Assembly (NCBI GenBank): GCA_965153455.1
Contig: OZ234493.1
Coordinates: 30,184,213 to 30,248,212, forward strand
Length of the DNA stretch: 64,000 nt
Reading direction: 5' to 3'
From: Sphagnum compactum
Lineage: Eukaryota
Shown piece by piece: positions 51,643-63,875 of the stretch. Position 1 is the first letter of the stretch. Each line of letters begins with the position of its first letter. Below the pieces are notes generated by a model that worked only from the letters and a program-made list of their open reading frames with translations, had not been told where the DNA came from and searched no databases. A program made the position numbers and the translations under genes.

Positions 51643-53852
51643 GTCCCTTGTTTTTGGAGCTTCTGGCATTTCATGAGTGTTTTAGCAAGTACTTAAACTG
51701 TTGAGGTTGTGGAGGGGCCCCCAGCCACAGTCTTCCTTCCATTCTCCAACACCAAAGCAATTTGCAAGCATTATTATATATATCTAGATGAGCCAGCAGC
51801 ATTATAGAACTGGTTTCTGGGCACCAGGATCTGTTACAGCTTCAAAGAAGATATCTCTCAATAGAGCCTAGAGGGTTCCCCAAGATGTACACCCCAAGGG
51901 AAAAGGGTGCTCCATGGAAAACCCTAAACCCTAAACCCCCATACACATCTGTGCTCTCTATTGGGTGGTGCCCGATGTTCCCAAATTTTTTTGTTATAAG
52001 CCAATCAAAGTGGCTCCTTGCAAACAACAACATTAAAAAAATTGGTGCTCCCCTCTACTAATTAATAAGAAGGATGAATCTACGGTAGAAATTGGGTGAC
52101 TTCGGCATCGATCAAAAATTTATTTATTTTTGCCAAATTTTTTGAAAAACTTTTAACCCTATTGTTGAATTTTTTTCAAAATTTTAGATTGCCAGATTTT
52201 GGAATCAAACTCTGGCCTAGTACAATTAAGCACATTAGTTGTGAACACACTGATGTGCTTTGTCCACATTACTAATAACACACTTGGTGGATATGGATGT
52301 GTAATTTTTACCATGTTTAATTCTTTACATCCAATGCACATCATGGATTTTTTTAATTAAAAAAAAAAAAACATATATAGCAGTTTTGTGAAGAAAGTGG
52401 GTTGGCAATCTTCCATAAGGAGTCTTAGCCAATTTTGGCTACAGGTCAGAGAGGACATTATGGAACAAAAAAAAAAAAAAAAAAAGGATTTTGGCTATGT
52501 GTTGGTGACATTCTGAAACTTGTTATATAGATGTGGCAATTTCTGTTATTTTTCCTCAAATATGGTGACTTTGTACGATTTTTGTCCCAAAAAATCCTTT
52601 GTAAGATTCACATTGCCATATTTTTGGTTGTCAAGTGATGAAATTTCACCCCCAACTATGACTTTGTTACATAACTATGGGGATCTATGTTCTTTATCTC
52701 ACACACATCTATTCACATATCTATCATTTAAATATAGTTCATATGTCATAGTCATCATTTCTATTATGGATTCTACACATTCACAAAATTATGCATAAAA
52801 TGTTGAAAATCCCTTCATTAATGTTTTGATTTTTAATGTTTTAATTTAATTCTATGAAACATTTAACTTTATTCTAGTCAAATGAAGATGTCCCCTATTA
52901 GCCACAAAAAACAATTTATATAATAAGCAATAAGAAATTAAATTTCAAAATTTCAAAAGTTTTACGTCCTCGTTGATTCACCATGTGATTCATCATGCAC
53001 ATTAAATTGTGTGAAGTGATTCTTTTAGTGATTTGTTCAATTTTAATCATACAAATTAAATTATGGAATGATTTTTTTAATGATTCGATCAACTTTATCC
53101 ATGCACATTAATTTTTGTTGTGCCATGACTTGTTCATGATGATTCACCATAATCCTAATGAACATAATTAATTTATGACACATCAACATTTAACTTTGAA
53201 AGTTACATATTTCTATCATTAAGGTAATTACATCAAGTTATAATATTAACCCAATCAAGTTATAGGTGCACTAGTGGGTGTTGGTTTACCTCAGATTTTG
53301 TGACCCACTAATGCATCATTCATTAGAACATTCAAAATGAGAATAATTTGGGTGTTCAACATCTATCCAATGACAAAATAACACTTGCATGTGTTTCAAA
53401 TTAAATTGGCATTACGGAACAATTTTAAATAAGAACACAAATTGATTATAATAACCAAAGAACATGTTAGTATATATCTACCCTCTACACTCTTCATAAC
53501 ACGAATCATGCATGATAAAAATTGTCACAAAATTGTTGGAAACTTGCATGAAAACCAACCTTGTGGCGTGATTGATACAACTTCAAGTTTGGTTTATATG
53601 AGAAGGTGTGTTGTTTGTTGGCATCAATTTTGCTATTTTCTCTTATTGTGTTCCAAGGGTTGGCCTCACATGGGTGTCAATCTCCAAATGCAAACCTCTT
53701 TTGTTTGTTTGGCATGTTTAAATATTTTGTCCCTGCTCCCATTTGTAGAAGCCCAAGGGATTTGGGACTTGCCTTTGGGAACTTTGCAACCATCCCAACT
53801 TGTTGATGTTTTAAACCAAGTTTCAATCCCTTTTTACATAGCTCACTATTAA

Positions 53853-54460
53853 AGGGTAAAAAATCCTTAGACTAGTTAATGCCATAGCCATCCTAGTAAC
53901 TAGATAGTTATCAATGGTAGACTTATTGTCCTTTACCAAAAGGATGAAGCTAGCATGATTAATTAATTCATGTTGATGAGTGGTTGGGTGTGATCCATCC
54001 AATCATTTAAAAGATTTTTAGAAAGGATTAGGATAAGCACCTATTTTCATGGGGTCAATGTGAGCCTGGTGTGGCTTTGTGAAGAAGGAAGATTAGAGGA
54101 CTTGGAAGGATTTTATAGCATTTGATGGAGTTGTAGTTTGGAATTGTGAGTTATGAAAACTTTTTCTATCTTGGAGAGGTGTGTTGTGTAACACTAGAAA
54201 AGGGAGAGTAGTTTGGAAGTGTATTGTACTTGTGTGTTATTTTCAATGGAAAATCGTTGAAGAACCTTTAATGTGTTTTGTGTGGGTTTATGTCTATAGG
54301 CAATGAGGGAAGGTAGTATAATTTAAGTTTGCATTATGTGTTGCTACATTTTATATAGTAGTTCTACATTTTTTCTACAAAAAATGGTAAGAATGTATGT
54401 GAGGTTTTTTATCTCCAAAGTAGGAAGTCACTTGCTATCACCGAAAGGTAGCAACCAATA
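53853..54460 (+). repeat. Copy of the 7262-7870 LTR-like repeat
   Basis: Collinear similarity as described for 7262-7870. Confidence 0.65.
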
Positions 54461-57400
54461 TATAGCAAGAATCAACTGGTTACTATAACAAATTGGTTAA
54501 CAATTGTAGTAATAAATTAATTAATTTAAAACCTATTGACGAGAGAACTAAAATATGCTTAAATCATACTGCCTCACTGGTTACCAATTGGTTTAACCAG
54601 TTACTATATACATACTAAAAAATTGGGTTAACAACACCATATAATTATTTAATAATATACAATTTGAGATATTAAAAACTTATGAATTAAAAGGTAAACA
54701 TATATATCTAGTAAGCATATTATAAACTTGTAGATGATTAAACACATAATTAGTGCACAAATAAATAATTAATACCTTATATTTTTAAAATGTTTTTTTT
54801 AGAGTCATTAATTATTTAATGTGAATTTCTAGCTAGTGGCTAAAAAATAATTTGGGGGAATTTTTTTTCATTTAAAAAATTCCCAAAAAATGGAAAACAA
54901 ATTGCCAAAGTTTTTGAAACCATAAAATGAAATAAAAAATTGATGCCTAGAATATAATTAGAACATTTAAGTTAAAAGTTTTGCTCAAAGGTTTATTTAA
55001 ATGAATATCTTCATTGATTTTTTTGACATCAAATAATGAAATATATATTTATTAGTTATATCCAATGAATTTCAAAAGAAATCCACATGCCCCAAAATGG
55101 CATTGTTTTTCATGTTTCCATGTGATGGTTAGAAAAATATATATAGTTTGATTTTTAGTAATTTATCAAAGTATTTGGTCATACAACTTGGAATTTTAAA
55201 ATATTTTATATAAAATCACATTTAATGAATTGAAAAAAATTATAATAACAAACAAATTTACTATTCACAATAAAATTTGATAAAAATATGAAATTTAAAT
55301 AATTTAAATACTTTTTGAAAATTTTGAAAATTATATTCTATGTTGCATAGATAACATATTTTATTTTAAAATATATTCTATAATCACAAATAAATATAAC
55401 ACAACATTTATACCATTTTTATTGATTCAATATATTTAAAAGTTGGGGAAATATTATACATACATACATACATATATTGTGTTGATTTAAAATATGTTTA
55501 TAAACATAATTTATTATTTACAAATTGTTTTATGAAAAAAAATTTAAAAAATCTTCAAGATATCATTGTTGTTCAAATGTATGAAATAGTGAAGATTCAA
55601 ATGCATCTCCAGTCAAATCACTTGATATTTTGGTTTTTTTTTAATAGATCTGTAGATCTTGGAAAAACCTTTGAAAATGATTTTTATTTTTTTTCATTTG
55701 GACAAAGTATGAAAAAGATAATAATGGTCAAATTTGGGTACTTTTGTATGGGACAAAGGATGATGTGGGATGATGTTGTAATTTATCTCATATCCTTTGT
55801 CAACAAATTCAACTTTGTAAATTATATAAGTAGGTGAAAATTTATTAGTCTACACACAATTCATGCATTATATACATTCAAAGTGCAAATATTATTTGTG
55901 ATGGGCCAATAAAAAAAAATTGTCACCAAAAAATAAATAGGATCCTATTTACCTACATACTTAGGTCTACCTACCTACCTACCTACCTATTTATCGAGTG
56001 CAAATACATAGATAGGAGCCAACAAGATTATTTTACAAAAGGATTATGAATTGGTTTTAGTCCTTTTTCACTTTTTCATACGAAAGAATTTTTGAATGAA
56101 ACCTTTTGCAACTTGTTATTAAAAATACATATAGTTGCCTCGATATATCACATGTTTTATGTTAAACATTGTTGAATAAATATGAATTTTTCAAAGTGTG
56201 TAAATTCTGTCAAATTTTGCATTTCATCTTGAAAATTTATCATAATTTTGAATCATACCAAAATTTGCTAATTATTTTAAGTTTTTTTTAATATATCATA
56301 AAGTATAACTTTGTTTTGTATGTCATGCACATTACAACCCATTTACATGTGGTAAAGGACTTTTGAAATTTGAAATTTTTGAGAAATATTTTGAAATTTG
56401 AAAATTTTCAAATTCCATATCTTTTAAATTGTGAATGTTTTTTGAACTTGGATAGTAGGTTGCTATCATCTAAATTTTTTTACTGTCAAAATTATGTTAT
56501 TACAATAGTCCTTTACTTAGTCTTTTATAAAAACCACATTTGATATAACACCTATTCAAGTTCAAACGTACTTTTAAAAAACCAAAACCCAAATTTTAAT
56601 TTGAATTCTTCAACTTTCATATTAGTCATTTACCACAACTTGGAATGATTAACATAATTTTTAAATGTAAAAAAAAAAGATGTAAAAAAATTCACAATTT
56701 TCACCACTATTCGACATGGTTTTTGGTTCCTGTCTTTGTATTCGCACCCTATGCCTACCTACCTACCCACCCATATTTACCTACCTACCAAATGATCATT
56801 TATAAATATATTTCATTTTTTAAACATATAATATATTTCATGGAATTTACAATTAGAACAAAAATATGACTAATGGATAAACGACATGTCCATATGGACT
56901 ACATAACCATGTAATCATGAATGGTATTTACGATTACAAACATAGTCATGGGTGTAATCATATTTGCCATGTTTTGGCATAATGAGCCATTAGTATGAAA
57001 GCTAAATGCACTAAAGGTGAATGTAGCAAAGCTAGGACCAGAACTGGATGCACCTTGAATGTGGCGAACCCATGTGCTTAACACAAACATAATATGTTCA
57101 TGACTACCAGCAACAACAACAGGAGTCCTTGATTGACCAATAGACTCAAAAGGCATTGCCACAAATCCAGAAACAAGGATAAACCCAAAGAAAAACAACT
57201 TGTACTTGAACTTAAAAGGGGGTTTGAGAGGAGGCATGGTGTTACAGCAAGCAGTGCAATGATCACAAACACAACAATTGACATTTGGTTCAAAATCCTA
57301 ACCTTCCTACAAATGCACTCTCTATGAAATGTGAAGCAACTTGCATTGTATTCAAATCATGGTACATACCTTGCCTTTTAAAGTCAAGACTTGAATCTTT

Positions 57401-57872
57401 AGAATTGAAAATATGTGATTTATGTACATATTACATGCCACAAAATGATTGATTATTTGGGAGGTAATCATCATTCCATTTATGGAGGAACTATTAGGCT
57501 TTACAACTTGGCTTCTTACAACACTAGAAGAATAGCATTAGGGCTTTTAGATTTAGGATACTAGCATTTGGCTGCTTGCGAGCTTGGGGGATAAATTTCT
57601 TGTTTTTGCCCCCAAAAAAAAGGAATGAAGGAATTCACTTCTTGCCTATCAACTGTGCAACCTAAATCACCTTTAAAAGGTGGATTATGAAGAGGTGGAA
57701 CAAGGAAAGTAATTCAACCAGAATGGATCCCGCAATGATGACATCCACCAAGGTGTGCAATCTATCCTTTGGGTTCAAGGGAATTGCTCAATGCACTTGA
57801 TGAAAGGGTTGAAATTGGATGAAATAAGTGGGTGCTTTTGTTCACAAACCACATGAAAAATGGATGAAAAAG

Positions 57873-57997
57873 TGTTCCACTCCCATTCATGTGTCCATAC
57901 TCCATACTTTCACCACCACGGGCACGAAAATGGACTCCAAAAACAATGGATGCAAAAATGTTCCACTCCCATTCATGTGTCCATACTCTCACCACCA
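57873..57997 (+). repeat. Local duplication (tgttccactcccattcatgtgtccatactc x2, 86 bp apart)
   Basis: Read directly. Confidence 0.8.
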
Positions 57998-58519
57998 TGG
58001 GCATAATGCAAAATGCAGATACCCATCGGGATGATCGGGTAGCAACAAACACATCAGAAGCAATGAGTTTAGAAAGATCAAAGAAACTGAGTTTGATTCA
58101 AAGGGTAGAGACAACAAAACATGGATGAAAAATGAACTATGGAGAGGACAAGTTGTGTCATTAGCCATGTTCACACTTGAAAGTCCAGATGCAACTTCAA
58201 CAAACACTAGACAACTCATCAAAGAGAAAATTCAAGACAAATTGCAAGGATGTAAAAATTTTGAAATCTTTTGCAATTTTTTAACCTGGAAGATTACCAT
58301 GGACACAAGTTAAACTTCTAAGAGCAAAGGGTGTTGTTTAAACACAAACTTGAATGCAACAAATGAGACAAAATATCTTTCATGAGAATAGAGAAATCTC
58401 TGTTCTCACGATGAAGAAGAAACAGCAAGGCTAACACTTCCTCAGGAAGCCACAGAAAGAACCAAACAAGGGAAGACAAGAAACAAAACAAAAAACACAC
58501 ACCGGTATGAACAAAAGTG

Positions 58520-58710
58520 CCAGTCTCACACCTGTTCAGGGACCATCAACAGTAGTATGTATGATAGTGACTTAACTATCACAACTTCCCCACTGACTTC
58601 ATCAGCTCCCTACAGTGGGTAGAGGCCGGTGACAAGCACCATCCTGCGAACTGAGTTTCTGCTGCAATTCCGGAAGCAACGGGAAGACTCAGCCATACTA
58701 CTGGCTAGCA
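58520..58710 (-). ncRNA. Putative structured cis-acting RNA in the 3' region of the PLE
   Basis: Several hairpins: GGCUGAGU/ACUCAGUU, GUUGC/GCAGC, GGUG/CACC, CCCACUG/CAGUGGG, GUGAUAGU/ACUAUCAU. Their non-Watson-Crick positions are G-U wobbles on the minus (RT-sense) strand. Confidence 0.4.
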
Positions 58711-58811
58711 ACAGACACCACAACAAAGACCAGACAAAGAAACAAAGAAAGACAGAAAGGGAAAGGACAGGGAAAGACAAAGAACAAGTCGGCTTACAGA
58801 AAGCTCCCCAC

Positions 58812-60077
58812 TTACATGACCCGAAGCAAAATCATTCTGAGAATGCCAAAAGCTGAAATTCCAACAAGGAATTTTTCTTTAAGAACCAACCCTCTAGTTC
58901 TCTTTAGAAGAACTTTTAAAGGGTAGCCTTTTGCCTTCAGAAAGACAATAAGACTGACCATCTGGAAGACAAAAAACTTCTTACAACTACAAAGTCTCAA
59001 GAACCTGTAAAATTGACTATTGATAACCCCGAGCTTCGCAGTCATTGAGATATTGGAATGAACCTGTGGCATTCTAATCATTTCAATACCTGCATACTCT
59101 GGTTGAGAGCGTCTGTCAAAAATGTCACAGGATAAACCTTGAGGACTCTGGCTCACAGTTAGATCCAGAAAATTACAAGAGAAGCCTTTAGATGTACAAT
59201 TCAACTCGCAAGAGGTTTTTGGGTATATGCCGCTACCAAAAGAGTCTCGGTTAAGGTACATGAAGTTCTCAAAATCTGGAAAATCTGGAACAAAAAGATC
59301 ATCCACAAACCTACGAACCAAGGACAAACTATGAAGCACAACAGGACATGTGTTACTCTTCAAGAGACGCTTAATGAAATCAAACTCATAGGTGAAGAGA
59401 TAGAAATTAGCCAAATAGACCGCACAATTTGTACCCATGGGGATACCAATGCATTGTCTATAAACACCCTGGCCAAAACAAAGAAACAAATTGTCTAATA
59501 AGAAATCCAGCCAAGAGATCAAATCTGAAGCCTCTGCAACTTTGAAGCTATGAAGATTTTCAAACAAATTGATCTCTGCTTTATTTTTCAGCCACAAAAA
59601 CCTAAAGTTCAAAGCTGTTTTTTGAACCAACAAAAACTTAAAACGATGAAGCTTCAGCATCCGATTAAACACTTTATTTATCAGAACTCGCATACGAGCT
59701 TTTAGATCCACTAGGTCAATTTTAGTGTATAGAGTTGAGAAATCAAAAGACTGCAACAGAAGTGGGGAGACCTTATCAATTTCAGATCTCGAACGATTAA
59801 GATTATTTATTACCTCCACCACTCCTGTAGAGTCATTGAGAATCCAACTACTATCACAAGGAACATCTACTTTTTTGAGTTTAGACACCCAAAGGTCATT
59901 GACCGTAGGAAACATAGCTTTGAAGAAAGAACACAGCCACTTAGAAACATCAGTCAGAGAACTAGAGCTGGCTGCACAGATAAATCTACGTTTAATTGGA
60001 TTTTTATGAAACTTCCAAACTGCACAAAGAAACGGGAGACGATAAGAGGAACATTGATAGGGCCCAAAGACGAAAAT
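58812..60077 (-). CDS. Penelope-like reverse transcriptase, N-terminally truncated, stop-free over 421 sense codons
   Basis: The frame is open from 60077, 54 codons upstream of the ORF-track Met at 59915. Motifs: RLPFLCAVWKFHKNPIKRRFI (1/2), SFDFSTLYTKI (A), YRQCIGIPMGTNCAVYLANFYL (B'), RRFVDDLF (C), GIYP, NFLDLTV (E), and thumb PQVHSN...SQFYRFLRLCS. The frame stops with no GIY-YIG domain. Confidence 0.88.
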   Translation of the reverse strand: MFVFGPYQCSSYRLPFLCAVWKFHKNPIKRRFICAASSSSLTDVSKWLCSFFKAMFPTVNDLWVSKLKKVDVPCDSSWILNDSTGVVEVINNLNRSRSEIDKVSPLLLQSFDFSTLYTKIDLVDLKARMRVLINKVFNRMLKLHRFKFLLVQKTALNFRFLWLKNKAEINLFENLHSFKVAEASDLISWLDFLLDNLFLCFGQGVYRQCIGIPMGTNCAVYLANFYLFTYEFDFIKRLLKSNTCPVVLHSLSLVRRFVDDLFVPDFPDFENFMYLNRDSFGSGIYPKTSCELNCTSKGFSCNFLDLTVSQSPQGLSCDIFDRRSQPEYAGIEMIRMPQVHSNISMTAKLGVINSQFYRFLRLCSCKKFFVFQMVSLIVFLKAKGYPLKVLLKRTRGLVLKEKFLVGISAFGILRMILLRVM

Positions 60078-61755
60078 TCACACACACACACAACTACATA
60101 TAGCTAAATGCTGGGAAAGTACATGCCACTATCCCTGAAGCATTTACCCAAATCGTGCATGTTTGAGGTTTGTGTATACAGGGAGCCCTCTGAGCACACT
60201 AACCTCCAACACAGAAGAAGAAATCTGTGAAAATTGGAAACCAAACATGTCACAAGAACAATTTGGTCAGAAAGAATTATTGTACCTTCAAGTCTGCAGT
60301 GCACCACCACCAAACATCATTATCAGACCTTCAAGTTGGCACTGCACCACCACTCATGCCACAACATATAATCAGAGAGGACTAAAAAAGACAACAACAC
60401 AAAATACACCTCAAAAAGAAAGAGGAAAAGAGGAATGTGCCAATTACTTATTGCCCCCATGATCCCCCACATCGAAGGTGATGAGATCAGATTGCCACAA
60501 CTATTTGGCAATTTTGAAAGACTTGCAGAATTGAAATCAAGTAAAGGTGGAAAAAGAAAGCCAACCCAGAGTTCAACATACACATGAACAAGTGTCAAAC
60601 ATAAAACTAAATGCATACATATGCAAATACATAAGCTCAAAGACTTGTGAACTTATCAACATATTCCCCAAAATTAAGGACCCAATGAAATGCAAGAAAC
60701 AAATTGGCTGGCAGCATCAGGCAGCAATTCCAATGTTTAGCAAACACCAGTGAGTATGGTACCTTCCACAGTGATACCAGAAGTCACTCAAGACTAAGTT
60801 GTGCCACCAGATATGTTACCTCCACAAACAGGACAGCTATGCGGTAGTCCTTCAACTCACCCACCTGAGGTCAGGTTAGCAGCCACACCAGGTATGGGCA
60901 ATCACTCAGCCAAAGAAATGCCTACAACACAATGGAATCTGATGCCAACTGTCAGTTTTAAATCAACTCCTTAAATTGGAAAAAGATTTGAGTTCTACAA
61001 GCCTAAACCTATCAGAAAACCCGGATGTTCAATCACAAGCAAGTCCAGCTGCCTGAAATTTTCAACACCAAAGTCCACAGTAGTCCACAGGAGCCCAAAG
61101 TAGCATTCCTAAGATGCTACTGTTAAGAAACATAATCCTACATGACAACTCACGCTCTTGGAATCAAAGAGCAAACTACACTTTCACTACACATACAATT
61201 TACCAATTGAACGGATAATGTCATTAAACACAGATGTTGCAAGAGAAACTGTGCAATTTCACACCAGATTGGACAGTGCCATTGCTTAAACATCAAGACT
61301 GTAAGAACATTATTTGTACATCATGCCGAAAGAATGAGCATCACAAATCTTACATACCCCAATTTAGATCTTGTACCAATAAGCACCATATCACCAATCA
61401 CAAACCTCTCTGAACAGCCCTATTCTGGAACAACCTAGGTTTGAGTGAAAATCAGTGGCACCCTTCAGTTAGACACCACACTCATTTTATCTCACAGGCC
61501 CTACATGTACTCGCTTCAATTCTCATTAACCCTTCCCCCTGTGAGGCCAATGAATCCACCCTACTTTGGTAGATTGCTAGTCCTCTGTTTAAAATCGATG
61601 GACCTAAAAAACCTACACCTGAAATTTAAAATTCTTGAAACACCTTTAAACCGAATCAAAGCAGTATTTCTGGAGCATGTCTTTTTGATCTCTTCTTCTT
61701 CTTAACTCATAAAAAAGATGTGAGTATAAATTGGAAGAAATTGTAGTGAAGCTTG

Positions 61756-63875
61756 TTATAAATGGGGCATATGTTTTCCAATGAGGTAACATTGATGCCG
61801 AAGCACACGTGTCATGATCGGACCATCAAGTGTGAGAAGCTCGCCATCAATCCCACAACCACGATGCCCCCCTGTAGCTGGCTTCAACCAGACTGCCCGA
61901 GCCTGCAACATCCCCAGTTTTGTCAGTACCCTACTTCACAACCTTCCTCTCCAGTACATAACGAAATGCAAGACCCTTGTAATGACAAATACAATTCCCT
62001 GTCATATAAATCGTAAGGCAGGCCTCAAGCCTCATAGTAGCCCTCCAGAGCATATGAGACTCATTTGGGGGCCTGAAACTCCCTATTTCCACCTTCAACT
62101 AGGTCTGAGGACAAGCTTCCCTCCAGACTTGATTTCAAATTTAACTTCAATACAACTGTTGATGAACTAGGTGGTCATATTTCAGAATTTGAAAGCATGT
62201 AAACAAGCCCTTTATGAATTCTTGTGTAGACAGTAACTTCAGAAGTCTCTATATGAGGATGACATGATTTGGATTGTTGTGTTTGCCAACAGCAACATAA
62301 AAACCCTGACCTCACAGATGTGCACAATGACTGATTAATAAGAAAGAGGAAGCAGGTGTGGCATTACTTTGACATACTCCACAAATGGGAGGGAGAGGTG
62401 ACGCCCAAATTGCATAAGCACAACAAACCGCAGAAGCTGAAAGCGGCCAACATCACGGACCAACAAAAGATGCACATTGCCATCATCATGCTCTGCGCCT
62501 GGGGCCAGCGCCTGTGACTCCAAGCATTGCACGGTCTTGCACTGGTGGTTGCACATTATGACCCCAAGAAACATTCCACCCCTGCTCTCCCACTTCTCCT
62601 CCTCCGAATGGCCTCTTATCTTCCCCAGATCAATCTCCCCTCCTCCAAATGGTGCATCCAGTGGACCCTCTAATGACCCCCACCGTGAACCTAAGGACTC
62701 ACCCAAGCAACTCCCAGCTGAGTCTTTTCGTGACAGAACACTTAACCCTGATGAAGATCTGCTTCGTGATTTTGAACGGGTGCGTGCCCGTGAAGACGCA
62801 ACAGAGCTGATTGTCACTGCATCTTCCGAAGAAGGCACCATCCACCCTGATGGCACCCGTTTTGTTTTGCCATCCAGGCCACGTACATAGTCTGAAGGCT
62901 CAAAGCTTGCATCCACAATGTCAGTCAAGTTGCCATTGCTGAGTCGTGGGGGCACAACTAGCACTGGGCAAGAATCATTTGAGAGAGAGGAATCCAATTC
63001 CATGCAAACAGAGTCAACGCCCTTTACTTCAATATTGTTAGCTGCAGACGGGTGCATGTCTGAGAGTGCTGGGAGGTATTGCACTTCACAGGCATAATGA
63101 GACAGACACAGCAGGCGCAGTGTGCCTGCCACAAAGTACCGTAAAGGGCCCCATCGCTGCTGATACTTAGCCGAGCATTCCAGCACTGCAGAATAAAACC
63201 CAAAGTTCAAAACTCATCACCATAATACTGCCACAAGATTTCTTCTTGGCCAGTCTGCAGCAGACAGACTGTATTGTTTCACATTTCCCCTAGCAATCTA
63301 CACCTTTCTCTTGTAACTTCTGTAAGGAGTTGAAGGTAGCAAGATAACAACCTTTCACTAGTTGTTTTGATCTCTGGCCAGGACAACAAAGGTGAAGAGT
63401 GGCAGTCACACCCTCTTACAATTTTTAGTGACACATCCCTTGATCAGCTACCAAAACCCAAGGAATGTGACAAATACTGTTATCTTGACAAAGTTTAAGC
63501 TATGTCAGATCACATTTGGAGGTCATCTAATCCAGTCAACAGTGGAACAAACCTGTCCTCAGCCTGCTGGGCACTCTACATTCAGCATGTTCAGCACCAG
63601 AATTTGCCATGGAACTCCCACGCCATTTTGGAGTTCCATTCCAGTTTTGCTTAGTGATGCCATGATCATGTCTCTAAGTGTAGTACAACTGACAAGAAAT
63701 GGTGATGAATTCAAGACAGTTAGATGCACAGAGAAGAGAAGTAATGTGTTCAGCTTGTGGAGGTCGTTTACTCACCATCACTCATGAACCCATAATAAGC
63801 AACAGTGAGGCCCATATGCATGGCACCAGTCTTGGTCCATTCCACACCAATAACATCTGATGCCACCAGTCCCCC
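61756..63875 (-). CDS. LCBK1: Sphingoid long-chain base kinase (LCBK1-like), partial: exons 63875-63776, 63185-62368, 61902-61756; 5' part outside the window
   Basis: GGLVASDVIGVEW...GLTVAYYGFMSDV|LECSAKYQQRWGPLRYFVAG, EPSDYVRGLDGK, FLGVIMCNHQCKTVQ...APGAEHDDG...QFGRHLSLPFVEYVK|ARAVWLKP...GCGIDGELL...HQCYLIGK. GT..AG junctions keep the frame. Confidence 0.9.

Larger units (their letters stand above)
58503..60078 (-). mobile_element. 5'-truncated Penelope-like retroelement (Naiad/Chlamys-like), with (CA)n at both apparent ends
   Basis: Contains the RT frame below plus a structured 3' region. (CA)7 lies at 60079-60092 and (AC)4 at 58495-58502. The left boundary is uncertain. Confidence 0.75.

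Noticed and set aside
58585-58700. Canonical type I/II/III hammerhead or HDV-like ribozyme
   Set aside because: No helix II joins CUGAUGA to GAAA and the strand order is non-canonical. An HDV-like P1/P2/P3 fold could not be built convincingly on the plus strand. Kept only as an atypical candidate.
58812-60077. Telomerase (TERT), group II intron or retron RT
   Set aside because: The KFHKxP..R, DFSTLYT, GIPMG and FLDL motifs and the short thumb fit Penelope-like RTs. There are no introns, no TERT T-motif context and no YADD.
62477-62890. Plus-strand 137 aa ORF
   Set aside because: Antisense shadow of the kinase exon.
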